From a virus, in IMG/VR virus record IMGVR_UViG_3300045988_151351, positions 128,001 to 192,000 of that record: a stretch of DNA of 64,000 bases; one strand, written 5' to 3'. Below are positions 22,321 through 30,700 of the stretch, piece after piece. Position numbers and translations under genes: made by a program. How positions within the stretch are numbered: the first letter of the stretch is position 1; the number at the start of each line of letters is the position of its first letter. The notes under the pieces were generated by a model. It had not been told where the DNA came from. It was given only the letters and a program-made list of their open reading frames with translations, and made no database searches.

Positions 22321-22824
22321 ATGACTAGAATTAACTTTACCGATGCCGCTAACCTCGCCGAAGCTGTTTGCCGCGTGAAGGAACTCTTTGGCACTAACCC
22401 CTTTACTTCCAAGGAATACAACACTAACCGCCCCAAGGGTATGGCACTGCTCAGCACTCTTGAAAATCATCACATTGTCACCATCGTCAAGACTGAGACT
22501 TTTGAAAAAGAAGTTAATTCTTGCTATGGCGCGGAATACGTTCTGAATGCTAACAATGAAAGTATCATGAAGCTGGACGATTTCAAGGCTCTGCCGCAGT
22601 CTGTTCAGGAAATGATTACCAAGGCGGCAGGTGGGATCCACATCGAACACCGCGACGTGGAAACAATTACCTGTAAGCGGTATTATTACCAGTTCAATCC
22701 GGAAGCCTATGAAAAGTATCTGAGCAACCGCGTGACTGAGTGGAAAATTGCCCTCTGTAAGAAACAGGAAAAGCTGGAACAGCTTTCCAAGGAAATCGCG
22801 GCTCTGAAAAAAATTGTCGGCTGA
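22321..22824 (+). CDS. early protein with C-terminal coiled coil, about 167 aa
   Basis: Promoter at 22258-22295. Confidence 0.45.
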   Translation: MTRINFTDAANLAEAVCRVKELFGTNPFTSKEYNTNRPKGMALLSTLENHHIVTIVKTETFEKEVNSCYGAEYVLNANNESIMKLDDFKALPQSVQEMITKAAGGIHIEHRDVETITCKRYYYQFNPEAYEKYLSNRVTEWKIALCKKQEKLEQLSKEIAALKKIVG

Positions 22825-22834
22825 GAAAATTAGT

Positions 22835-23008
22835 GCTTGACAATCGCCGCAAAGTGTGATACAATGTAAGTGTTCCAAGGGGAGATGAACTTCTCCCCAA
22901 GGACACGAAAAAAAATTCAAATTAGGTATTGACAAGTCGAAAGATTTGTGATACAATATATTCATCAAGTGAAGGACACACTTAAAAAACCAGAAAGGAA
23001 TTGATACT
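22835..23008 (+). promoter_or_regulatory. tandem promoter pair with an intervening perfect hairpin CCAAGGGGAGATGAACTTCTCCCCAAGG, and a leader shared with the paralogous cassette at 27960-28059
   Basis: TTGACAATCG..TGTGATACAAT and TTGACAAGTCG..TGTGATACAAT. Leader GTGAAGGACACACTTAAAAAACCAGAAAGGAATTGATACTATG is identical at both cassettes. Confidence 0.55.
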
Positions 23009-23371
23009 ATGGCTACTAAGATGACTAAGAAGGATTGCTTCACCGCTCTGCTCCAGATGGACGAAGTCCAGTCCAACCAGACTCTCGTGGATTTCATCAA
23101 CCACGAACTCGAACTGCTGGCGAAGAAGAACAGCGCCGAAAAGAAGCCGACCGCGACCCAGCTCGCCAATGATGGCTTCAAGTCCGCGATTCTCGCTCAC
23201 ATGAGCATGACCCCTGACCAGCTTTTTACCATCACGGAACTGATTAAGTCTGTGCCGGAGATTGCCGACCTGACCAACCAGCGTGTCAGCGCGATTGTCG
23301 GTCAGATGGTAAAGGCTGGAAGCCTTGTCCGTGTTGACGACAAGAGAAAGGCTTTCTTCAAGGTGGCGTGA
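23009..23371 (+). CDS. family-X protein, 120 aa; paralog of 28060..28440 and 44401..44808
   Basis: Shared blocks include HELELL.KKN....KKPTATQ.ANDGFK and LFTITELIK.VPEIADLTNQRVSAIV.QMV..G.L.RV. Confidence 0.5.
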   Translation: MATKMTKKDCFTALLQMDEVQSNQTLVDFINHELELLAKKNSAEKKPTATQLANDGFKSAILAHMSMTPDQLFTITELIKSVPEIADLTNQRVSAIVGQMVKAGSLVRVDDKRKAFFKVA

Positions 23372-23414
23372 CCGGATGGGGGCTTTTGCCCCCACTTCCG
23401 AAAGGAGGTAAAAA

Positions 23415-23774
23415 ATGACAGTCGAAGAACTCGCCCAGCGGTTGAACATTTCAGTCGATGAAGCGCGACAAGTCCAAGAGGATGACAAACGCATTGACCA
23501 CGGTGAAAAGTTATTTGAATTGCCGCCGGAGCTTGAAGCAGGAGCGAAAAAAGCAAGACAGACCGGAACGCGCAAGGTCACAGAGGTTAAACGAGAGCGC
23601 AAACCCGACGAGGACAAGCGCGAACTCATCCAGTATTTGGAAGGCAAGCTCGAAGATGCCCACCATTACGACATGGATTTGGATAACATTACCATTACCA
23701 ATCCAGAGCGAGAAATGGAATTTACTTACAATGGAAAAAAGTACCGGCTGACGTTGGCTTGCCCCAGAAAATGA
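23415..23774 (+). CDS. family-Y protein, 119 aa; paralog of 28493..28897
   Basis: Shared D.GEK..F.L.PE.E...KK....GTRKV and C-terminal Y.LTL...RK. Confidence 0.45.
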   Translation: MTVEELAQRLNISVDEARQVQEDDKRIDHGEKLFELPPELEAGAKKARQTGTRKVTEVKRERKPDEDKRELIQYLEGKLEDAHHYDMDLDNITITNPEREMEFTYNGKKYRLTLACPRK

Positions 23775-23780
23775 CAAAAG

Positions 23781-23818
23781 TTCCTCCCAGAAAATGGGAG
23801 GAACTTTTTTACCCAAAT
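23781..23818 (+). terminator. rho-independent terminator (TTCCTCCCAGAAAATGGGAGGAA + T-run)
   Basis: Hairpin plus T6. Confidence 0.75.
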
Positions 23819-23824
23819 TATTTG

Positions 23825-23991
23825 GAAATAGATGGAAATTCGGCCGCGCGACCACAATCCAGTGGGCGCGTCATTTTTGTCAAGAATAACATTCAACAAA
23901 TTTTCTGCACATTTTTTGTGTATTCTGACTGTTGACTTTTCTCCCGAAAAGCTTTATACTATTGGTACAAGGCTAAGGGAGGAAACACCTA
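23825..23991 (+). promoter_or_regulatory. composite regulatory element E5 (GC hairpin, TTTTTGTCAAGAAT box, promoter TTGACTTTTCTCCCGAAAAGCTTTATACT)
   Basis: Same architecture as E1 to E7. Confidence 0.45.
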
Positions 23992-24165
23992 ATGAATATT
24001 GAAGTAAATACCGAGCATCTAACTGAGTGCATTGAAAGTTGGGTCGAGACATTTGATGATTGTGCTTGTTGTCCTCTGATGTTCGACTGCCAAGAGGATG
24101 AAGATATCCGAGGCATTGACTGTATTGAATGCAGTGAAAAAATTATTGATTGGTTAAAGGCTTGA
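23992..24165 (+). CDS. Cys-rich micro-protein, 57 aa (CACC..C..C..C)
   Basis: RBS GGGAGGAAAC. Confidence 0.4.
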   Translation: MNIEVNTEHLTECIESWVETFDDCACCPLMFDCQEDEDIRGIDCIECSEKIIDWLKA

Positions 24166-24219
24166 CAAGATAACCCTATTGTGATACAATAGGATTATCA
24201 AAAGAAAGGAATTGATACA

Positions 24220-24354
24220 ATGGATTTAGCTATTATTATTTTAGGTGCTCTCTATCTCTGCGGGGTTAAAGTTGGCACAGCACTTGCAATCTGTGCTATT
24301 ATTGAAGGTCTTTTCATTATTATCAGTGCAATTATCAGAAAATTAAATGAATAA
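24220..24354 (+). CDS. micro-membrane protein, 44 aa
   Basis: Promoter at 24160-24197; hydrophobic. Confidence 0.4.
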   Translation: MDLAIIILGALYLCGVKVGTALAICAIIEGLFIIISAIIRKLNE

Positions 24355-24416
24355 GGGCTTGACAAACAAGCCCTATTGTGCTATAATTGATTTATCAAAG
24401 GAAAGGAATTGATACC

Positions 24417-24749
24417 ATGAATAAAAAAAATAATGAGAATTTAAAAAGAGTATTAAATCTCTTGGACGACCTTATTTCTGATGAAGTAGAAGAACGAACC
24501 GCAGAACTTGAAAAGGAAGTTTCTCATTTTAAATGTTCAAGTGCCCGATATAGGGATATAATTAAATTCCTTGTTAGAGAATCTAAACTTGATATTCCTG
24601 CTAAAACTGCCGAAGCCTTGGAAGAATTTAAGAATGCAAAAGAGTGTGATAGTAGAAATGGTTATTCTACTTATACAAGCTATACCAATCGAAAAGGTTA
24701 TGTTTATGAACAATATGAAATGATTAAAAAAATTTGTAATAGGGCTTGA
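24417..24749 (+). CDS. early small protein, about 110 aa
   Basis: Promoter at 24358-24395. Confidence 0.45.
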   Translation: MNKKNNENLKRVLNLLDDLISDEVEERTAELEKEVSHFKCSSARYRDIIKFLVRESKLDIPAKTAEALEEFKNAKECDSRNGYSTYTSYTNRKGYVYEQYEMIKKICNRA

Positions 24750-24802
24750 CAAACAAGCCCTATTGTGCTATAATAAAGACACAAAGAGAGGAGATGTAAT
24801 AA

Positions 24803-25009
24803 ATGAAACACAATAAATGGTTTGTGGCTTGTCTTGGTTGTCTGATGGTTAGCGTAGTTCTCGGCGGTTTGGGAATGATGTTGGGCGTTCTTGCCTGTGT
24901 GGCTTGTGCGGGCGGATGTTTCGTTAAGTGGCTTTTCGAAGAAGATAAATACCAGCGCGCAGAACACCAAAAATATTTGGAAAGTTTGAAAAAAGGGCTT
25001 GACAAATAA
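24803..25009 (+). CDS. small membrane protein, 68 aa
   Basis: Promoter at 24746-24783. Confidence 0.45.
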   Translation: MKHNKWFVACLGCLMVSVVLGGLGMMLGVLACVACAGGCFVKWLFEEDKYQRAEHQKYLESLKKGLDK

Positions 25010-25059
25010 CTACTTTGATGTTATAATAAAGATACAATAAAGGAAAGGAATTGATACCA

Positions 25060-25239
25060 TGAAACATTTCCATTGTCCGGTAAATGGTTGGGATTGCCCC
25101 TATTTCAAAAATGAAACGATAATCAATGGTCAGAAAGAAACCTGCATTTGTAGTCTGGAAAATCCGATGGATGACTGCGATGATTTTTACAGCATGTGGG
25201 GTGATTGCGAACCTGATGATTATACAGATGATAATTAAG
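25060..25239 (+). CDS. Cys-rich acidic micro-protein, 59 aa
   Basis: Promoter at 24996-25033. Confidence 0.4.
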
Positions 25240-25271
25240 GGGAAATTTCCCCTAGGAAAGGAATTGATACC

Positions 25272-25559
25272 ATGTTAGATAAAAATACGGAAGAAATGCT
25301 GAAAGGCATGACGGACAGTGAAATCGCTACATTGATTGGTCTTGCTTATAGAGAAAAGCAAAACAGAGATGAAGCAAAAAAAACAAAATACATGAACGCA
25401 ATTAACAAGGCTATTCAGGATTATCTGGATAATGTTGGAGATTTAACATTCCATGTTGAGTATGAAGATGAAGATGGTCAGGACGCGGAAACTGACATCA
25501 CCGTAGATAATACAAATCCGCCTGCTGGTGGTAATGGAGTTATTTATATTAAGGAGTGA
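25272..25559 (+). CDS. early small protein, 95 aa
   Basis: RBS only, no own promoter; co-transcribed. Confidence 0.45.
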   Translation: MLDKNTEEMLKGMTDSEIATLIGLAYREKQNRDEAKKTKYMNAINKAIQDYLDNVGDLTFHVEYEDEDGQDAETDITVDNTNPPAGGNGVIYIKE

Positions 25560-25636
25560 AAAAATAGCACAAGGGGCTTGACAAAGTAAGCCTCTTGTGC
25601 TATAATTGATTTATCAAAAGAAAGGAATTGATAAAA

Positions 25637-25876
25637 ATGACTCTCGGTATGATTAAAAATGTAATCGGCATTGTAAAAGGTTCGTTAATGTTTTATGATG
25701 GAAATGGTGTTGAAGTAATAAATGAAAATACCTGTGGTCGCTATCTCAAAGATCGCAAAGGCCGCATGACCTTGAATGGAGACCTTCTGGACACAAGTGA
25801 AGAATGGATGCTGGGATTACCTGTAACTGGTTTGAAAGCCAAAAATAATACCCTTATCATTTACGTTGATGGCTGA
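25637..25876 (+). CDS. early small protein, about 79 aa
   Basis: Promoter at 25576-25613. Followed by terminator 25877-25912. Confidence 0.45.
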   Translation: MTLGMIKNVIGIVKGSLMFYDGNGVEVINENTCGRYLKDRKGRMTLNGDLLDTSEEWMLGLPVTGLKAKNNTLIIYVDG

Positions 25877-25912
25877 AAATAAAATCCAGAGGGCTATGCT
25901 CTCTGGATTTTT
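25877..25912 (+). terminator. rho-independent terminator (AAATCCAGAG..CTCTGGATTTTTT)
   Basis: Hairpin plus T-run. Confidence 0.75.
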
Positions 25913-25914
25913 TA

Positions 25915-26088
25915 AAATCTATTAATTTTTCAGTCTCGCGCCCACGGTCCAAGCGCGAGGATTTTTAGATTTTAAACACATTACACAATTTTTTCGGGCA
26001 AAATTTGTGTAAAATAACAGTTGACATTTTTCCCGATACCTGTTATACTATAATTGTTCCAAGAGAGAACCAGTAAGGAGAATGAACA
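25915..26088 (+). promoter_or_regulatory. composite regulatory element E6 (hairpin CTCGCGC..GCGCGAG, promoter TTGACATTTTTCCCGATACCTGTTATACT)
   Basis: Same architecture. Confidence 0.45.
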
Positions 26089-26304
26089 ATGAAAAGATAT
26101 AGAATTACAGATGATGTTGTCGCTGATTTGTTGAACTTCTATTGCGAGGGTAAGCCTGCCGTTTGGAATTGGTTTTTTGGATGGCGCGGCGGACATTGGG
26201 ATACAAAAGGGAATCTAGTTTATTGCGATTACATTGTTTCTGATAAAATTCTGAATCAAGCAATCACATTAGCAAAAAGATTTTCCGATCGGCTTGACAA
26301 ATAA
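26089..26304 (+). CDS. early small protein, 71 aa
   Basis: RBS AAGGAGAATG. Confidence 0.45.
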   Translation: MKRYRITDDVVADLLNFYCEGKPAVWNWFFGWRGGHWDTKGNLVYCDYIVSDKILNQAITLAKRFSDRLDK

Positions 26305-26354
26305 ATAAAAATATGTTATAATAATTATACAAATTAAGAAAGGAATTGATAACA

Positions 26355-26540
26355 ATGACAATGTATAAACGGGAAGTAAAATATAAGTGGCTTTGGTGGA
26401 ATGGACGTGGTAGTTATGTTCTTTCTGATGAAACTGAATGGATGAGTGAAGAAGAAGCAAAAGAAAAGAACATCAAAACCTATGATACTGGTTTACAATG
26501 TTGTAGAGAATATGAAAGATTTATTCCGATAGAAAATTAA
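26355..26540 (+). CDS. early small protein, about 61 aa
   Basis: Promoter at 26293-26330. Confidence 0.4.
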   Translation: MTMYKREVKYKWLWWNGRGSYVLSDETEWMSEEEAKEKNIKTYDTGLQCCREYERFIPIEN

Positions 26541-26559
26541 AAAGAAAGGAATTGATACC

Positions 26560-26970
26560 ATGACTGAAATTAAGACCTATAAATGTGATTTCTGCGGGCA
26601 GGTGTTCGACGATGAAGCAGAGTGTATTCGTCATGAATGGAAATGCAGATATGAGGATCTGCGTAGAACAGAAAATTGCGAACCGCTGAAGCTGTTCGAC
26701 CTTGAAGACAAGGAAATTGAGGGATTTAATTATCCTAAATGTGATGAAATTGGTGCGATGGAAATTCATTCCTACGCTTGGGCACAATTCATCAATGATT
26801 ATTTTGATGAAATGGGTTATGAAGTTCCCATTAGAATCGTAGACGGAGAGGTTGAACGCTATGGTCTGTGGTATTATGACCCTGAATATCGCTATGGCGA
26901 GTGGCGATCTTATGAAGAAGTGCTTGAAGATATTCAGAAAATTGGAAAGAAATTTAATCAAGGGGCTTGA
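26560..26970 (+). CDS. early protein with an N-terminal C2H2/zinc-ribbon-like motif, 136 aa
   Basis: CDFCGQVFDDEAECIRHEWKC. Confidence 0.45.
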   Translation: MTEIKTYKCDFCGQVFDDEAECIRHEWKCRYEDLRRTENCEPLKLFDLEDKEIEGFNYPKCDEIGAMEIHSYAWAQFINDYFDEMGYEVPIRIVDGEVERYGLWYYDPEYRYGEWRSYEEVLEDIQKIGKKFNQGA

Positions 26971-27024
26971 CAAGCCCCTTGACCTGTGATATAATTGATT
27001 TATCAAAAGAAAGGAATTGATACA

Positions 27025-27300
27025 ATGAATAAACAGGTTATTTTCATGGACAACGAGGGAACTGTTCAGGCAGGCATCTGGAATCAGGACAGGGATGAAA
27101 TTATTTGCGGTTGTTGTGGCGCAACAATCGAATCGGGCGATTTTGTTCTGCTTCACATTTATGACGAATGGCTGAATATCACCGATGAAATCTGCGGAGA
27201 TGATGGAGATATTCTTCATGAGATTGAAGAAAAGGTTGACCGTCTGACCACTTCTGAAATTGAAGCTATTCTTGATGGAAAGAAGGAATTTAACGTATGA
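27025..27300 (+). CDS. early small protein, about 91 aa, with CGCCG..C..C
   Basis: Promoter at 26967-27005. Confidence 0.4.
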   Translation: MNKQVIFMDNEGTVQAGIWNQDRDEIICGCCGATIESGDFVLLHIYDEWLNITDEICGDDGDILHEIEEKVDRLTTSEIEAILDGKKEFNV

Positions 27301-27605
27301 AATTTCTTATTAAGGTTATCGCTAAGTGGTTCAAAGACAGAAATTGCGCGTTTGCTATTTATGGCGCGGATGGCTCATGCATTGAAAGTGCAAATACTGT
27401 ACCGGAAAAGAATTTTTTCCCACCGAAGACAAATCAAATACGGAAAAATGGTGATGATTGGTATTCATTTCCAATCAATGCCAACGGTGAATATTGCGGT
27501 TGTGTCTGCTGGCTTGAAGATACCAGCGAAGAAGCATGGATAGAATTTTACGATGTAATTAACATCTGCCAAATTCTGGAAACCGCGTGCGAAGTTGAGG
27601 AATAA
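27297..27605 (+). CDS. early small protein, 102 aa
   Basis: ATGA overlap with the preceding gene. Terminator at 27590-27625. Confidence 0.45.
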   Translation: MKFLIKVIAKWFKDRNCAFAIYGADGSCIESANTVPEKNFFPPKTNQIRKNGDDWYSFPINANGEYCGCVCWLEDTSEEAWIEFYDVINICQILETACEVEE

Positions 27606-27639
27606 ATTTCCTCAACTTTTTTCGCCTTTTTAATTGGGA

Positions 27640-28059
27640 ATTTTTGGGCGCGGCGCCCACGTATGTAAGGCGCCGAATTTCCATTATACCACCCCGCCAG
27701 CAATTTGTCAAGAGAAAAGTTATACAAAATAATCTTTTTATTTTATCCCGTTTTCGTCATTTTGCCAATAGACTTTTCAAGGGGTATCTGCTATAATACA
27801 TAATGTCAGGAGGGAATGGAGAGTTCCCAAGCGGTTAAAAAAACTTTTGGGAATTGAAAATTTCCTCTTGACAAAGCCCACACGATGTGGTATAATAAGG
27901 GTGTCAATGAGGGGCGGCTAAGTCCTGCAGGCTGAAAAAGATTTTAGAATTTTTGGGAAAAAATTCGCCAAACCTCTTGACAAGCCCCACAAAGTGTGGT
28001 ATAATCTAAATGTAATTAAGTGAAGGACACACTTAAAAAACCAGAAAGGAATTGATACT
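27640..28059 (+). promoter_or_regulatory. composite element E7 plus a triple tandem promoter-hairpin cluster, paralogous to 21140-21595 and 22835-23008
   Basis: Box CCATTATACCACCCCGCCAGCAATTTGTCAAGAG. Promoters at about 27775-27805, 27880-27910 and 27975-28005. Confidence 0.5.
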
Positions 28060-28440
28060 ATGGCTAAGACTACTTCCAAGCTGACCAAGCGCGACTACTT
28101 CAACATTCTCCGTGAAGCGTATCCGCAGACCGCGGACAACTATGACGCAGTTATCGGTTTCATCGACCATGAGCTGGAACTGCTTTCCAAGAAGAACGCG
28201 GCTGACAAGAAGCCGACTGCCACGCAGGTGGCGAACGACGGTTTCAAGACCTCGATTAAGGCGGTGATGTCCGCAGAACCGACCCGTCTGTTCACTATCA
28301 CGGAACTGATTAAGACTGTTCCGGAGATTGCCGACCTGACTAACCAGCGTGTTTCTGCTATCGTCCGGCAGATGGTAACTGATGGCACGCTCGACCGCGT
28401 TGAGGAAAAGCGGAAAGCCTATTTCCGCATTCACCAGTAA
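28060..28440 (+). CDS. family-X protein, 126 aa; paralog of 23009..23371
   Basis: See 23009. Confidence 0.5.
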   Translation: MAKTTSKLTKRDYFNILREAYPQTADNYDAVIGFIDHELELLSKKNAADKKPTATQVANDGFKTSIKAVMSAEPTRLFTITELIKTVPEIADLTNQRVSAIVRQMVTDGTLDRVEEKRKAYFRIHQ

Positions 28441-28492
28441 TTGCCAATCGGGGCGGAGCAATCCGCCCCACCCAGAAGAAAGGTGGAATTAA

Positions 28493-28897
28493 ATGGCATT
28501 AAAGGAAAAAGACAAGCAAGCGTGGATTGACAAAAATATGAAACTCATGGGCTGGACGCAGGAAGAAGCGGAAAGTGTGTGGGAAGCCGACCGCGCTATC
28601 GACAAAGGCGAACGTGTTGATTTTGACTTGTCACCAGAACAGGAAAAAGAAGCCAAAAAATATATGAACGCGGGAACGCGCAAAGTGCCGACAAATTACA
28701 AATTTGACCAGCGCAAGCGTAAAGAAAACCCGACCAAAGCCGGAATTATCGCAGAATTAGCAACTTTTTTGGCTGAAAACAGCGAAAATGCGTGCGAAAA
28801 CGTGGAAATTACAAACAAAGAGCGCATGATTGCGTTCAAAGTTGGTGAAAATTGCTACGAATTGACGCTCACGCAGAAAAGAAAGCCAAAAAGTTAA
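28493..28897 (+). CDS. family-Y protein, 134 aa; paralog of 23415..23774
   Basis: See 23415. Confidence 0.45.
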   Translation: MALKEKDKQAWIDKNMKLMGWTQEEAESVWEADRAIDKGERVDFDLSPEQEKEAKKYMNAGTRKVPTNYKFDQRKRKENPTKAGIIAELATFLAENSENACENVEITNKERMIAFKVGENCYELTLTQKRKPKS

Positions 28898-28928
28898 GAA
28901 AAAGGGCGAGAAATCGCCCTTTTTCTAA
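28898..28928 (+). terminator. rho-independent terminator (AAAAAGGGCGAGAAATCGCCCTTTTT)
   Basis: Hairpin plus T-run. Confidence 0.75.
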
Positions 28929-29035
28929 GCAAAAACTGCGGAAAAGTTAGGCTTGACAACGACTTTTTTGTATGGTATAATGTCTATACAGTTAAGGGAG
29001 CGGACAACCCAACCAACCGCAGAAAGGTAAAGCGT

Positions 29036-29683
29036 ATGTTTGAATATTTCTCCAAGGAAATCGACCAGATCGAAAGCGAAGATTTGCGAATGTTCGTTAA
29101 GTTCTATCTTGACGAAAAAGTTCCGTCCTATTTCTGGAAAATCGGCGCTTCAAGTTCTGGAAAATTTCATCCTGTTTTTTCTCAGGGTGAAGGCGGTCTA
29201 GTTCGTCATACCAAAGCCGTTTGTGCGTTCTGTGAAGAACTTTTGAGAATGTCTCAATGGGCTTACATGAAAGACGAATACAAAGACCTCGCGCGTGTCG
29301 CTTGTATTTGCCACGATACCGCAAAATACGGTTTAGCAGATTTTGACAAGGGAGAATATCCCAACCATGCCGCGAATGCCGCAAAATTGGTAGATTCTGC
29401 TTGGCGCGAATACTTTGATGAACCTGCTCCGTTTTTGCTCACGCAAGCCATTAAGTCCCACATGGGGCAATGGAGCACCGACCGCGAAGACAGACCTTTT
29501 ACAAATATTGACAGGCTTGTCCATCTTGCGGATTACATCGCTTCCAGAAACTTCATCGACATTCCTGAAATTACCAGCGACTACAATTCCACATTTTCTA
29601 ACGAAGATGACGCCGAACCGGAAGATATTGACAGCGATGAAGGCTTCGACCCTTACTCCGGCTGTTTCACCTATGACTGTTAA
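29036..29683 (+). CDS. HD-domain metal-dependent phosphohydrolase, 215 aa
   Basis: H..H...CHDTAKYG...HLADYIAS (HD motif). Promoter at 28953-28990. Confidence 0.55.
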   Translation: MFEYFSKEIDQIESEDLRMFVKFYLDEKVPSYFWKIGASSSGKFHPVFSQGEGGLVRHTKAVCAFCEELLRMSQWAYMKDEYKDLARVACICHDTAKYGLADFDKGEYPNHAANAAKLVDSAWREYFDEPAPFLLTQAIKSHMGQWSTDREDRPFTNIDRLVHLADYIASRNFIDIPEITSDYNSTFSNEDDAEPEDIDSDEGFDPYSGCFTYDC

Positions 29684-29715
29684 AAAAGAGGGCATTAGCC
29701 CTCTTTTTTTTGTTC
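29683..29715 (+). terminator. rho-independent terminator (AAAAAAGAGGGCATTAGCCCTCTTTTTTTT)
   Basis: Hairpin plus T8. Confidence 0.8.
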
Positions 29716-30086
29716 ATTTTGCCTATTGACAAATGCGGCCTGGGGTGGTATAATATCTATAGGGGATAGTTCATCGGGGCGCTGACATAGTCAAGCCCCG
29801 AATTCCCGATCTTTTATCCCATATGGAAAATTTTTGCTCAATCCAGCGGCCTCCATATGCGACCTGGTTCTCCCGAAAGTGATGCCCCCGCAGGGCGCCG
29901 ATCGGTACTATATCATATGCCCGGCATTTGACAATATTAAAAAAATTTGTTATAATATTAAAAAAAAGCATTTTTAAAGCGCGGCCCATTTAGATAATCC
30001 GCCCATTTGACATTTATAAAAAAAAATGATATAATATATTTAGAAAGTGAGAGATCACTTTACTATTAGATAAAGAGGTAACATAT
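29715..30086 (+). promoter_or_regulatory. multi-promoter region marking the transition between the two promoter families: TTGACAAATGCGGCCTGGGGTGGTATAAT, then two AT-rich TTGACA..TATAAT promoters
   Basis: Direct reading. GC-rich structured segment at 29760-29900. Confidence 0.4.
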
Positions 30087-30464
30087 ATGTTTACTAAGGA
30101 AGATATTATTGCTCGTCTTGCTAAGGGTGAGGACGCTCAGTCGATCGCAGATGAAATGGCTAAGACTCTGAATGAGGCAGTCCAGGAGACCAAGGATCAG
30201 GACAATAAGACTAATCTGCGCGCAGCTATTAATGAGAAGTCAACTGATCTTATGAATCTGCTGCTGGAGTATTTTGATGTCGATGAAACTTGTACTACCG
30301 ATGAAATGGCCAGCCTGACTGATCAGCTCCTTGATACTATTGAAGCCGTTGTGCCTCTGATTGAGGTCATTGAGAAGTATGATGATAAGAGTGCTTCTAC
30401 GCGCACAACTGCTAAGACTTCGGATAAGGTAATTTCGGACTTTTTGAAGGTATTCGTAGATTAA
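30087..30464 (+). CDS. acidic helical protein, 125 aa
   Basis: Intact ORF. Terminator at 30536-30575. Confidence 0.45.
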   Translation: MFTKEDIIARLAKGEDAQSIADEMAKTLNEAVQETKDQDNKTNLRAAINEKSTDLMNLLLEYFDVDETCTTDEMASLTDQLLDTIEAVVPLIEVIEKYDDKSASTRTTAKTSDKVISDFLKVFVD

Positions 30465-30535
30465 AACGGACACTTCTTCGGGTGGGACAATTTTCATCCT
30501 AAGAATTGGAAATCTGAATAGAAATCGAGATATTA

Positions 30536-30575
30536 AAGAGTGAAACGTTGAGTTTCACTCTTTTTTTTATTTTTA
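30536..30575 (+). terminator. rho-independent terminator (AAAGAGTGAAACGTTGAGTTTCACTCTTTTTTTT)
   Basis: Hairpin plus T8. Confidence 0.8.
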
Positions 30576-30629
30576 TTACGGTGACGATGAGGATGGATTG
30601 TTGAGATAGTTGTATAGGACCGATCGGCA

Positions 30630-30700
30630 CGACACTTCCACAATTTTCCACAATTTCCCACAATTTTCTATAGCTATCTACAATTTTCTACAATTCTTCA
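30630..30700. repeat. at least 6 iteron-like repeats of (C/T)CACAATTTTC
   Basis: TTCCACAATTTTCCACAATTTCCCACAATTTTCTATAGCTATCTACAATTTTCTACAATTCTTC. Confidence 0.7.

Noticed and set aside
16000-30500. GC-rich block as an integrated foreign island or prophage-in-phage
   Set aside because: Its promoters, leaders and terminators are homogeneous and phage-specific, and the MCP gene shows the same GC shift. Codon adaptation of highly expressed or early genes explains the composition better.
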